This document shows, piece after piece, positions 19,201 through 28,270 of a stretch of 64,000 nt of DNA; position 1 is the first letter of the stretch, and every line of letters begins with the position of its first letter. The notes below the pieces were generated by a model that saw only the letters and a program-made list of their open reading frames with translations, was not told the origin of the DNA and ran no database searches. A program made the position numbers and the translations under genes. Location: positions 62,001-126,000 of the IMG/VR virus record IMGVR_UViG_3300042402_002641. One strand, 5' to 3'.

Positions 19201-19341
19201 ATGAAAACAGCAACTAAACAAAAAATTGACAGCTTAATGCTACAGCTACAAGACTTGTTAGAGGACGAGTACAGCGAACATGACGCTATACAGACAGCGT
19301 TTAACGACCTAGCTATTGCGCTAGACGATGTTGTAAATTAA
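19201..19341 (+). CDS. Small acidic helical protein (46 aa, TC-depleted island)
   Basis: MKTATKQKIDSLMLQLQDLLEDEYSEHDAIQTAFNDLAIALDDVVN; own promoter. Confidence 0.55.
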   Translation: MKTATKQKIDSLMLQLQDLLEDEYSEHDAIQTAFNDLAIALDDVVN

Positions 19342-19431
19342 CAACACAGGGGTGTAGGCCCCGCTGCTTAAGGGGTTGACGCAGCCCCCTTTTGGCAGTA
19401 TAATGAACACATACACACACAGGAGCACTCC

Positions 19432-19722
19432 ATGAACATCACCCAGATCAACTCAGCCATCATGCAAGGCCAATTCACCAACGATGAACTAACCTCTGTG
19501 ATCGATGCGGTCAAGTTTGCTCGAGCACGACTCAACAGAGAGGTCAAGAGCGGCCTGATGGTGGGAGACAATGTGGAGTTTACATCCAGCAAGACTGGAC
19601 GGGCCATGCGTGGGTTCGTAACCAAAGTAGCCATCAAGTATGTCACTGTGAACACGGGTGCAGGCCTTTGGCGAGTGCCGGCCAACATGCTGACTCGGGT
19701 AAAAGAGTCAGAGCTGGCGTAA
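19432..19722 (+). CDS. Early hypothetical protein (SH3-like C-terminus)
   Basis: VGDNVEF...GFVTKV..KYVTV...WRVPANML; promoter plus RBS. Confidence 0.7.
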   Translation: MNITQINSAIMQGQFTNDELTSVIDAVKFARARLNREVKSGLMVGDNVEFTSSKTGRAMRGFVTKVAIKYVTVNTGAGLWRVPANMLTRVKESELA

Positions 19723-19726
19723 ATAC

Positions 19727-20107
19727 ATGATGCTAGAACTTGTTATCGTATTCGCTCTGGGGTGGATCTTAGGCTGGAAGATCAATGATGCTCTAAGAAC
19801 CGCTGCCATCAAAGCCCTACTCAAAGAACTGGGAGTCACTGACCAGGATCTCCGGGCAGCCGCAGCTCGAAACGGCATTGAAATCTCAGCGGCCCCTGAC
19901 ACAGCAGCTGATGAAACTGTGGTGGAAGTCAAGCTGGAACAGCACGGGGGGCAGATCTTTGCTTACCGCAAGAGTGATGACACATTCTTGGCTCAGGGCA
20001 CAGACAGAGATTCTCTGATCGAGCGATTGAACCAGACCATGCGGCCCTGTAGGATCTTGATCGACAAAGAAGACGGCGCTGATCTGTTGCAGAAAAACAA
20101 CACCTAA
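19727..20107 (+). CDS. Membrane-anchored hypothetical protein
   Basis: N-terminal hydrophobic helix; TAAATA upstream. Confidence 0.65.
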   Translation: MMLELVIVFALGWILGWKINDALRTAAIKALLKELGVTDQDLRAAAARNGIEISAAPDTAADETVVEVKLEQHGGQIFAYRKSDDTFLAQGTDRDSLIERLNQTMRPCRILIDKEDGADLLQKNNT

Positions 20108-20147
20108 ATTGGTTGACAGTTTGGCAGTTCAGTGTTATAATACACAC

Positions 20148-20384
20148 ATGACACAAACACAAATAGACAACACCCTACAGTGGACCGGAGCAGCGGCCAT
20201 CATCGCCATGCACGTACTCAACGCAGCAGGCCCCGAGGCTTATCCCTGGAACATCATCGCAGCTTTCATCGGAACTGTTGCATTCCTTTCATGGACCATC
20301 CGTGTGAGAAACCTGCCGCAGTTCACGGTAAACGTGGTAGCATTAGCCATAGGCTTTGTAGGGTTATATCGAGCGTTTGGTTGA
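20148..20384 (+). CDS. Small multi-pass membrane protein
   Basis: Three hydrophobic segments; ATG 6 nt after TATAAT. Confidence 0.65.
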   Translation: MTQTQIDNTLQWTGAAAIIAMHVLNAAGPEAYPWNIIAAFIGTVAFLSWTIRVRNLPQFTVNVVALAIGFVGLYRAFG

Positions 20385-20416
20385 CACATTGGCGTTTTGG
20401 TGTTACAATAGATACA

Positions 20417-20630
20417 TAGACAGTTAGGAAAGAGCAAAAGGTTACCTACACCGTTAGGTACTTAGAGGGTTAGGACAGTGGCGACGGTCACGCTCAATCT
20501 AGGTACATGAAACAGGGCAGTGATGCTCGGAGAAGCGGCGGATCTTGTAGGCAGTAATGACGGTACAAGCCCTTGTGGAGACGGTCCCTGGGGTAGACTA
20601 CATGTTCCTTTGCTTTTTCCCAACTGTCTA
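20417..20630 (+). ncRNA. Unidentified structured ncRNA (~215 nt)
   Basis: Dedicated promoter TTGACA(20381)-17-TACAAT; ~24-bp closing helix 20417-20441/20607-20630; several internal helices; no RBS-led ORF. Confidence 0.65.
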
Positions 20631-20702
20631 ACAGCCAGGTTGACAACTAGCCAAATTAGTTGTATAATAGACACATACAAACAAACATTAGGAGCGAACC
20701 CA

Positions 20703-21086
20703 ATGACTAAAGTAAATTATGACCGTTTTGCCTCGTTTGACATTAACGAGTGCTGTGACCACTTTGATAGCGAGAAACAGAGCAACTGGAAGAAGATCGG
20801 CAAGTTCATCGTAGCAGATGGACAAGAGTACGCCCACATTATGGAAACAGAGTTCGACTTTGAAGACGTGGGTAGTGGCGAGTACGAGGCCTTTGACGCA
20901 GGTGTTAAGTATGCCCTTACTAAGATGAACATTGCCTTTGAGGCAGCAGGTTTGGACCTACAGATCTGCGAGGTAGACCTTGTAGAGAGCATGGGCTTTA
21001 TGATGGTACGTTGCGATGACGAGCCCGAGGACTTTGTCAAGCGTGTGATGAAGAAGCCCGTGATGATGGTAGACAGCTGGATTTGA
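20703..21086 (+). CDS. Acidic early protein
   Basis: Promoter at 20640 and AGGAGCGAA RBS place start at 20703. Confidence 0.72.
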   Translation: MTKVNYDRFASFDINECCDHFDSEKQSNWKKIGKFIVADGQEYAHIMETEFDFEDVGSGEYEAFDAGVKYALTKMNIAFEAAGLDLQICEVDLVESMGFMMVRCDDEPEDFVKRVMKKPVMMVDSWI

Positions 21087-21176
21087 TAGAGTGCCAAAGT
21101 TCAACCCGCCACTAGACCCTGCAACTCGCCTGGGCACTTCGCGGGTTGACACTGAGGCTTTATTCAAGGATGTGAC

Positions 21177-21413
21177 ATGGGTTGGGTAGTCTACGATGAG
21201 AAGTCGGGTCATATGCAGAAGTACTACAAATTGGCTTCTACAGCCAAGCGGATCTGTACTCAGCACAACACTGAGAGAGAATACGATTTCTACACATATC
21301 GTGCTCAATCCACGTGGTCCTTCTGCAGCTACAGGGACTACGAAGGGGTCTTGATGGGACTTAGAGGGGATGCTCTAAAGATGTGGCAGTTCTGCAACAC
21401 TGAAATTGGTTGA
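21177..21413 (+). CDS. Hypothetical protein
   Basis: AAGGA RBS; stop overlaps next -35 box. Confidence 0.6.
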   Translation: MGWVVYDEKSGHMQKYYKLASTAKRICTQHNTEREYDFYTYRAQSTWSFCSYRDYEGVLMGLRGDALKMWQFCNTEIG

Positions 21414-21583
21414 CACTTTGGTAGATCGGTGCTATACTAGAGACTAAGTTAAACAAAAGGAGCGGACTATGTTGAAACTGATCGGAATCGCGGCTGTGGC
21501 CTACATTGGTTGGGTAACTGGCTTGATACAGGCCACCTTGATGATCACTGCAGGCGTATTGATCGCCATTGCTGGAGTCTAAC

Positions 21584-21784
21584 ATGGCCTACAGAATAGT
21601 CAACGATGTGCTCCAGGGATACGGACCGCGAAAGGGTCTCGAGGGGCCGTTCAACATCGGTGGTCGCCCACTCTACTACGATGCCCGAGAGGGCAGCTAC
21701 TGGGATCCCCGCACGGATTTCTACGTGGATCAATCAGAGGTCAACTACCTGCACAACGAACTCATGCGAATCATGGGTGGTTGA
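21584..21784 (+). CDS. Small hypothetical protein
   Basis: GLEGPF...LYYDAREGSYWDPRTDFYV. Confidence 0.65.
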   Translation: MAYRIVNDVLQGYGPRKGLEGPFNIGGRPLYYDAREGSYWDPRTDFYVDQSEVNYLHNELMRIMGG

Positions 21785-21841
21785 CAGTTTGGCTAAAAGA
21801 TCGTATAATACGTACATACACACAGCAACTAGGAACACACA

Positions 21842-22174
21842 ATGAAACTGCTGATCACCACACAAGTCTACGAGAACTACGGTGCCCACGATTGGGACGG
21901 AGTTGGCGCATGCCCACAGTACTGGAAGGCCAAAGGCGGTTCAGACTATGTGATCCGGAACATCAACGTGAATCAAGTCACTGAGACTGTGATGGCTGTG
22001 CGTGGCCAGATCGAGCAGGACAATGACGCCTTCCGCGAGTCAATCATCGATTGGAGCATAGTCTCCGATGATGCGCTCACAGAGTTTGAGCAGAGCCAGT
22101 TGGCCTACGAAGGCGTGATCCGTTATGCTTCCAAAGAGATCCAGCCTGCGGACCCAGTCTACTACGGCGCCTAA
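21842..22174 (+). CDS. Hypothetical protein
   Basis: TQVYENYGAHDWDG..CPQYWKAKGG; own promoter. Confidence 0.7.
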   Translation: MKLLITTQVYENYGAHDWDGVGACPQYWKAKGGSDYVIRNINVNQVTETVMAVRGQIEQDNDAFRESIIDWSIVSDDALTEFEQSQLAYEGVIRYASKEIQPADPVYYGA

Positions 22175-22242
22175 AGTGGTTGACAATTTGGCTAAAAGAC
22201 CGTATAATTAACACATACACAAACACTCACAGAAAGACACAA

Positions 22243-22428
22243 ATGACAACCAAACAAGCCATGTTCGTATTCGTAGCAGGACTGCTTCTCACACTGGCTG
22301 CTGTAGGCGGTGTAGAGCACAGCGTGGACAACGAGCAACTCACAGGTAGTCTGCTGTTGGCAGTGATAGGACTGCTGGGCATGTATGCGGGCACCCTGGG
22401 TTTCCGTAACGCAGATCTCTATGATTGA
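22243..22428 (+). CDS. Small membrane protein
   Basis: Two hydrophobic segments; own promoter. Confidence 0.6.
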   Translation: MTTKQAMFVFVAGLLLTLAAVGGVEHSVDNEQLTGSLLLAVIGLLGMYAGTLGFRNADLYD

Positions 22429-22473
22429 CAGCTGGGACAGAACCTAGTATAATACACACACAAGGAGCAGACT

Positions 22474-22824
22474 ATGACCAAATCAGTCGAGATTTTTATT
22501 GTTGAAGCTGCACATCAAAAGGCCCTGGCCGCAGCTGAGCAGGCCGCACGGGCATTCGCAGACCGGCACATGAACGGTCAAGACGGGGGCCCCTGTGGCT
22601 TTTCATGGGTAGACGTCTACGGTGTTCGCTCAAACTCCAAGCTGGGACAAGCACTGAAGTCTGTGGGCTTCGCCAAGAGCTACACAGGAAGCCTGCAACT
22701 GTGGAACCGTTGGTGGCAAGGTCAATCAGTGGACGCAGGTGAGCATGGTGCCACTGCCTACGCCACTGTGCTGAAACAAGAGCTGGGCCTTGACAAGATC
22801 TACAGTGGTTCACGTTTAGACTAA
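22474..22824 (+). CDS. Hypothetical protein
   Basis: GPCGFSWV...SRLD; promoter plus AAGGAG RBS. Confidence 0.7.
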   Translation: MTKSVEIFIVEAAHQKALAAAEQAARAFADRHMNGQDGGPCGFSWVDVYGVRSNSKLGQALKSVGFAKSYTGSLQLWNRWWQGQSVDAGEHGATAYATVLKQELGLDKIYSGSRLD

Positions 22825-23389
22825 GGTACGCAATGACTATCACTATACACGGACTCACGGTTAGACAGCAGCAGCTCTGCGAGTTGATGTGGTCATGCAG
22901 GGACATTGAGCAGGTCAGGACTCTGATCCGTGCCCTGCCCACAGTGGAAGATCAGCAGAGTGCCAACACGCTGATGCAGGTGATCGTACACGAAACACTA
23001 GAAGATGAAGGAGCTCTCAATGACTATGCCGAAGCTGCTGCTGGCGTTATTGATCGCGTTCGCAGCCGTTAGCACAGTGGGCTGCGCTACGTATGATCGT
23101 AGGGATGCTGCTTGGGATCCCAAACCTGGTGTCAACCTATTCGATCAGATCCCCAACGAGATCGCAGCCAGCCGTCGCTGCTGTGGACATCTCAAGACCT
23201 GTGCTCCGGGACAGACTCCGAGGTGTTGAGAAGGTGATGGAGGGGCTGGGGCCGACCGGTATAGTACTGTATGTGTATACTGTAGTTTACAGTTGGTATG
23301 GTCTAGAATCACCACCCAAGAAACATAAGTACTTCCCACTAATTTTTTGCACAGCAATTTTTAACCATTCCTAACTCTTTTTCCGCACT

Positions 23390-23659
23390 ATGAATCATCA
23401 ACTAACCCATAGAGACATTGCTGGATCACATCTCTCACCCGGAGATCACTGTCTAGTCACTGAACACAATAGACTCATTCTAGCTCGTGTCATACAGATC
23501 TATGACAGCAGTAATCAAGTCAAACTACAGCCGTTAAAGAGCTCTGCAGGTGGCCGCAGATCTACACCCTCACAAAAAACCATTCGCAGAGAGTGCTACA
23601 ATGTATATAGGATCGCAGACACAGAGATCACAATCAGCATTCTCAGAGGCGCTGTGTAA
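23390..23659 (+). CDS. Hypothetical protein
   Basis: 89-aa ORF. Confidence 0.5.
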   Translation: MNHQLTHRDIAGSHLSPGDHCLVTEHNRLILARVIQIYDSSNQVKLQPLKSSAGGRRSTPSQKTIRRECYNVYRIADTEITISILRGAV

Positions 23660-23757
23660 ATCACCACTGGGACTACTCAAGTACTGCCCTAAATTTTTTT
23701 GCGCAGTATTTTTTTCCCGCTAGCATCCCATTCTGCTAGGTTAGCATAATTACATAT

Positions 23758-23967
23758 GTGTTACAATACTACATTCTAAATCAAGATCCTAGGGCTCTAG
23801 AAGTGTTTGACTTTATTCGTCAGCACAGTCTAGCAGTGGAAGTACATCTTAATCGCACACGCTTTTGGATAGCCAAAGACTCGTCAGTGCTCACAGAGTT
23901 TGTGTTACGCTTCGCAGACTCATGTCCCCCAGTAGATTCCAACCTAGATCCTATCACTGGTCTATAA
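23758..23967 (+). CDS. Small hypothetical protein
   Basis: TAATTA-N5-GTG; resembles 5900..6112. Confidence 0.55.
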   Translation: MLQYYILNQDPRALEVFDFIRQHSLAVEVHLNRTRFWIAKDSSVLTEFVLRFADSCPPVDSNLDPITGL

Positions 23968-23974
23968 ATACTTC

Positions 23975-24178
23975 ATGAGACTCTTTTACTCTACGCTTAC
24001 TCTAGCACCTGCACCCTTGTTTCTACTTGGAACGATTTGGAGTATATTCAACATCACGCACACTGCTACATGCGGCTCGCACAGTTGGGAAATGCCCGTG
24101 ATGTGGTTTGTGATGTTTCTAGCACACTCAGTGAGTTGGGTCATGTGGCTGCAACAGCGAAACTTTACCCGGAATTGA
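23975..24178 (+). CDS. Small membrane protein
   Basis: TATAAATA-N4-ATG; hydrophobic. Confidence 0.6.
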   Translation: MRLFYSTLTLAPAPLFLLGTIWSIFNITHTATCGSHSWEMPVMWFVMFLAHSVSWVMWLQQRNFTRN

Positions 24179-24367
24179 AAAACAGCAGTGGTATGCGCCC
24201 TGCAACACTGCCCATGATTCCCAATAGCAGATTTCCAGCAAATCCTGTCTGTCCGTGGGCATCCACACTAGATCACAGATCTTGATCACACCTCGAGGAC
24301 CCTGTATGGTCACAGTGGTGTTATATTCTCCAGTAGTGGTCAACAGTGTCAGCATGTAAATACTTAT

Positions 24368-24592
24368 GTGCTGATAGCGTACCTAGAACCATTTCAAGCA
24401 CCGCAGGTTTCATTGTTGATCACCTGGCGGGATGCGGTATCTTATTGGCCCAGATCTTCTATACATTTCGAACTCGCAGACTCAGCCGTGGTCACAGATT
24501 GGTGGCTGCTGTTTTCCAATCCCGTATTCGCTGACATATGGCTCATAAAGTATCCAGAACACAGTCGTATTATACGCACTTTATTCGACTGA
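24368..24592 (+). CDS. Small hypothetical protein
   Basis: TAAATA-N5-GTG. Confidence 0.55.
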   Translation: MLIAYLEPFQAPQVSLLITWRDAVSYWPRSSIHFELADSAVVTDWWLLFSNPVFADIWLIKYPEHSRIIRTLFD

Positions 24593-24673
24593 AAAATCTG
24601 CGCTTCTGCTTCGCAAAAAAAATTTGCGCTGCGCTTCGCCGAGTAAATACCTGACCATTACCAAGGAGTCGCA

Positions 24674-24925
24674 ATGATCGCATTCTTACAGCGTGTTTTC
24701 CGCAGTGACCAACATGATATAGAGCTAACCGAAGGACTCTACGCAGATCAATATCCCGAATCAGATGATCCCCGTAACATCAGAGCAGAAATTAGACGCA
24801 GTTATCGAGCTCGTTGGACTGAACCCAATCGCTCACCGCTGACTCATCCTTGGCTGTTTGATCCCTGTGACCCACCTCGGGGATGGCGTTACGATCCCTA
24901 TTACGAATGTTGGATACAGCTATGA
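24674..24925 (+). CDS. Hypothetical protein
   Basis: AAGGAG RBS; PPRGWRYDPYYECW. Confidence 0.6.
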   Translation: MIAFLQRVFRSDQHDIELTEGLYADQYPESDDPRNIRAEIRRSYRARWTEPNRSPLTHPWLFDPCDPPRGWRYDPYYECWIQL

Positions 24926-25275
24926 TCACGACCACTCAATTAATCGCTGCTAATCTCGCAGCATTGTGTCTATTATATTTGGTCTATAATCACATCACAT
25001 TCGCTAAAATACAGGCCTGCTACAAGATGTGGTTTACTCGTGAATACTGGACTGACTACAACACAGTGGAATTTCTATCCTGGACTGCCAAGGCTGCGAT
25101 CATTATTCCGGGCTTGATTTTTGGCGTCAGCATATGGTGGCTGTTCTTCTTTACTCTGGCAACGTCATTGACTCTGATATGGGCCAGCGAAAAGAAACTG
25201 TTGCCCACATTGGTAGGATTTAATACTATTTGGGTGTGGATATCTTGCATGGTGCTGGCACAGCATTTGATATAA
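24922..25275 (+). CDS. Membrane protein
   Basis: Multiple hydrophobic segments; ATGA overlap. Confidence 0.6.
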   Translation: MITTTQLIAANLAALCLLYLVYNHITFAKIQACYKMWFTREYWTDYNTVEFLSWTAKAAIIIPGLIFGVSIWWLFFFTLATSLTLIWASEKKLLPTLVGFNTIWVWISCMVLAQHLI

Positions 25276-25283
25276 ATATTCGT

Positions 25284-25493
25284 ATGAGCGAACAATATCT
25301 ATTACCCATGGCCCGCAACACTCGCACAGGACAGACTGTGAAAACACAGGATCTATCTGGATTGAAATACACTCTCAACCAACGAGCTCTGGCAGACATC
25401 GCAGCTGACCAATGTGCAGAGAAAATGACAGCTAGAACCGGTGACGTCTGGCAGGGCTTTGTGCAGATCTACACTCCCCGCCCTCGCAGCTAA
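25284..25493 (+). CDS. Small hypothetical protein
   Basis: TATAAATA-N5-ATG. Confidence 0.6.
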   Translation: MSEQYLLPMARNTRTGQTVKTQDLSGLKYTLNQRALADIAADQCAEKMTARTGDVWQGFVQIYTPRPRS

Positions 25494-25931
25494 TTATCTG
25501 TAGAGATAGTTCACGGTGGTTTCGTTTTCTTGGAAAACTTCTGCGCCGTTCTTGAGGTGGAATTTACGAGCCATTTCAGTCTTTGGGCTCAGAGTCACAT
25601 AGGTAGTGACTTCGGGTCGTTCCAATTTGATTTCGGCCTGTGCTTCTTCTATCAGCCTGCGACCCGCACCCTGTGCATAACTCCAAATGGTATAGAATAC
25701 CGCAGTGTTGGTGTTGACCACAGTGTCAGCTAGATCCTCCACGGTTTTTGGTATCATTTCCAGAAACTTCACGCAGGTCACTGCCAGGGGTTGATCGTTG
25801 TCATCTTTGAGCACAAAGATTTTGCTGTTGGCGTTCACACGCTGTTCTGCTGGGATCTCTGGACGCACAGGATCGTCTTTGATCAGGGCAAGAAAATTAT
25901 CACTGAGATCCTGTATTACATGTAGCATCAT
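25494..25931 (-). CDS. GNAT-fold protein (malonyl-CoA decarboxylase-like motifs)
   Basis: TAVFYTIWSY, GAGRRLI, YVTLSP, A..FH.KNGA. Confidence 0.6.
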   Translation of the reverse strand: MMLHVIQDLSDNFLALIKDDPVRPEIPAEQRVNANSKIFVLKDDNDQPLAVTCVKFLEMIPKTVEDLADTVVNTNTAVFYTIWSYAQGAGRRLIEEAQAEIKLERPEVTTYVTLSPKTEMARKFHLKNGAEVFQENETTVNYLYR

Positions 25932-26051
25932 GGCGTCCTTTACTGGGTATTTATATCTTGGCTAATAAACCATATATTGACATGGTTTATCATTGACTGA
26001 GTAAATATTTTACTGTATACTGGTAGTATAGTCAACCACAAGGAGTTCAAA

Positions 26052-26750
26052 ATGTTTGGAACAAATTACACAGGCGGCGCTGTCCTGAATTATAGAAGCG
26101 CCGAAGAAATCAACTCGGCCATGGGCAGAGTCTACGGCCACATGAGTCTAGCAGTTATTGTCAGCATGTTGGTAAGTTACTGGATCGGTACCAGTCCAGA
26201 ACTTCTTCAGTTCTTTTTCACAGGAGTGTTGAAGTGGATCGTGATATTCGCACCATTGGCTGCGGTGTTTGCAGTCAGTTGGATGTTGGCTACAAACCCC
26301 AGTAAATCTGTAGCACAGTTGTTGCTGCATGGGTTTGCTGCTTTGATGGGACTGAGTTTCTCTATGATCTTTGCGGTGTTTAATATGGGATCGATTGTGT
26401 CAGCATTTATGGGTGCAGCTGTCTTGTTTGCTGTGATGAGCGGCTACGGTTATTTTACCAAGACCAGTCTCGACAGCCTAGGAAAATTCCTGTTTGTGGG
26501 ATTGATAGCTGTGATAATTGCCAGTGTGATTAATATCTTTATTGGATCAACTGTGATGCAGATGGTGATCTCATCCCTAGCGATTCTGGTATTTCTAGGA
26601 CTTACTGCCTACGACACACAGCAGATTCGTCAACAACTGATGGTAGAAACTTCACCCGCTGCGGAAGTCCGAGGAGCACTGAGTCTTTACATGGACTTTA
26701 TCAATCTGTTCCTAAATCTTCTACAGTTGTTTGGGGATCGTAAAGAATGA
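26052..26750 (+). CDS. Bax inhibitor-1/YccA family membrane protein
   Basis: About seven TM segments; TAYDTQ, ALSLYMDFINLF. Confidence 0.92.
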   Translation: MFGTNYTGGAVLNYRSAEEINSAMGRVYGHMSLAVIVSMLVSYWIGTSPELLQFFFTGVLKWIVIFAPLAAVFAVSWMLATNPSKSVAQLLLHGFAALMGLSFSMIFAVFNMGSIVSAFMGAAVLFAVMSGYGYFTKTSLDSLGKFLFVGLIAVIIASVINIFIGSTVMQMVISSLAILVFLGLTAYDTQQIRQQLMVETSPAAEVRGALSLYMDFINLFLNLLQLFGDRKE

Positions 26751-28270
26751 ATATAACCATAGTTGGTGGTGGTACGGCTGCGTGGACCGCAGCCGCATTT
26801 CTGATCCGCAATCGACCGCAACACACCTATACCATTATCGAAAGTTCCAGCATCAAGACCATTGGTGTAGGCGAAGCTGCAACAGGTATGCTCAGTGGTT
26901 TGATACAGCAGTTAGGTATCGATAAATGGGAGTTTATGCAGAGAACAGATGCCTTGCCTAAGTTGGCGATAGATTTTCAAAATTGGAGAGGCGACGGCGG
27001 TAGATATCTTCATCCCATCGACAGCAGTTTTTCTTCTAACAGTTTCATAGATTACACTGTTTATCATTCAGTGGCTGCAAATCAAAGTCTTTCCTCAACC
27101 AGCCGAAACAACATGCTGGTTGATTTGGGTCTCAGCAATATCGCATGGATCAACAATCAATTTGAAGAAATGGGCAGTCTCACATGGGTAGTTGACCCTG
27201 CAAAGCTGGCAGACCTCCTTAGAGAATATTGTATCAGCGAAAATGCCATAGTGATAGATACCACAGTAGATGAAGTTGTGATAGAAAATGGATACGTAAC
27301 TGGACTTGTAACTGACCTCGGAACTCTTACTGCAGATCTGTTTATTGACTGCACTGGCAGTGCCCGAGTTCTGTCTTCTAAATTAAACTCCAAATGGATC
27401 AGCTATGAAAAATATCTGCCAGTGAACAAGGCCATACCGTTTCGTCTAGAATACGATACCGCAGATCGCGAATCCACAGTGACCTGCAGAGCCATGAACA
27501 ACGGATGGATGTGGGCAGCTCATACTAGACACAGAATCGGTAGAGGCTATGTGTACAGCGATCGATTTGCTTCGACTGAAGATATTCTACAAGAACTCGA
27601 AGAACATTTTCAACAAAAAGTAATACCAATTAAAACCATTGATTTTGATACCGGAGTTTGTGAATCATCATTTAACGCCAATGTGTTAACGTTGGGACTA
27701 GGTGCTGGGTTTCTTGAACCCATGCAGGCTACCAGCATACATGCTAGCCTAGTGCAAATCAGCGACTGGGCCAATCTATGTCTCAGCGGCAGTGTTGAAG
27801 CCACTGTGGATCCCGTTGTTGCCGCAGTTTATAATTCAAGAGTTAACAATTTATACAAGGACATGATGGAATTTGTGGCCATACACTATGCCACAGATAG
27901 ACAAGACACAAAATTTTGGAAATTTGTCAAGGAGGAATTAGATCGTCCTGATAAGGTCAAAGAAATGATTGCTCTAGCCAAGAAAAGACTAATTAGAAAT
28001 GATGATTTTGCACAGTATCTAGGATCAGCCGGAGCTCCGTTATGGATCTATTCAATGGCTGGACTAGGACTGTTTGACCCAGAAGTATGCAGGCGTGTTC
28101 TGACAGAATACAATTACAATTTTGATCATATCCAGGGAATCAAACAGGCACATCTTGAAGAAATTTTAAAATATAAAAATCAAATCTTTACACCTACAGA
28201 TCTAAATAATTTTTTAAAAAATAGTGTAAAAATCAAAGATGGTAATTTTGAATTGAAAAAACATGATTGA
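26747..28270 (+). CDS. Tryptophan-halogenase-family flavoprotein
   Basis: VGGGTAAW, IGVGEA, K in DALPKLAIDF, DLFIDCTG, GWMW, GFLEPMQATSI. Confidence 0.88.
   Translation: MNITIVGGGTAAWTAAAFLIRNRPQHTYTIIESSSIKTIGVGEAATGMLSGLIQQLGIDKWEFMQRTDALPKLAIDFQNWRGDGGRYLHPIDSSFSSNSFIDYTVYHSVAANQSLSSTSRNNMLVDLGLSNIAWINNQFEEMGSLTWVVDPAKLADLLREYCISENAIVIDTTVDEVVIENGYVTGLVTDLGTLTADLFIDCTGSARVLSSKLNSKWISYEKYLPVNKAIPFRLEYDTADRESTVTCRAMNNGWMWAAHTRHRIGRGYVYSDRFASTEDILQELEEHFQQKVIPIKTIDFDTGVCESSFNANVLTLGLGAGFLEPMQATSIHASLVQISDWANLCLSGSVEATVDPVVAAVYNSRVNNLYKDMMEFVAIHYATDRQDTKFWKFVKEELDRPDKVKEMIALAKKRLIRNDDFAQYLGSAGAPLWIYSMAGLGLFDPEVCRRVLTEYNYNFDHIQGIKQAHLEEILKYKNQIFTPTDLNNFLKNSVKIKDGNFELKKHD

Noticed and set aside
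20520-20702. N-terminal extension of the 188-aa ORF 20520..21086
   Set aside because: Runs through the structured RNA and a promoter; the RBS supports a start at 20703.
21089-21150. HDV-like/theta ribozyme
   Set aside because: No room for P1.1, P4 or the catalytic J4/2 strand; kept only as a generic pseudoknot candidate.
7899-22453. Recurring GGTTGACA...TATAAT units as a CRISPR array or integron attC sites
   Set aside because: They fit sigma70 promoter geometry with variable 17-nt spacers and are separated by whole genes; no identical repeats, cas genes or integrase seen.
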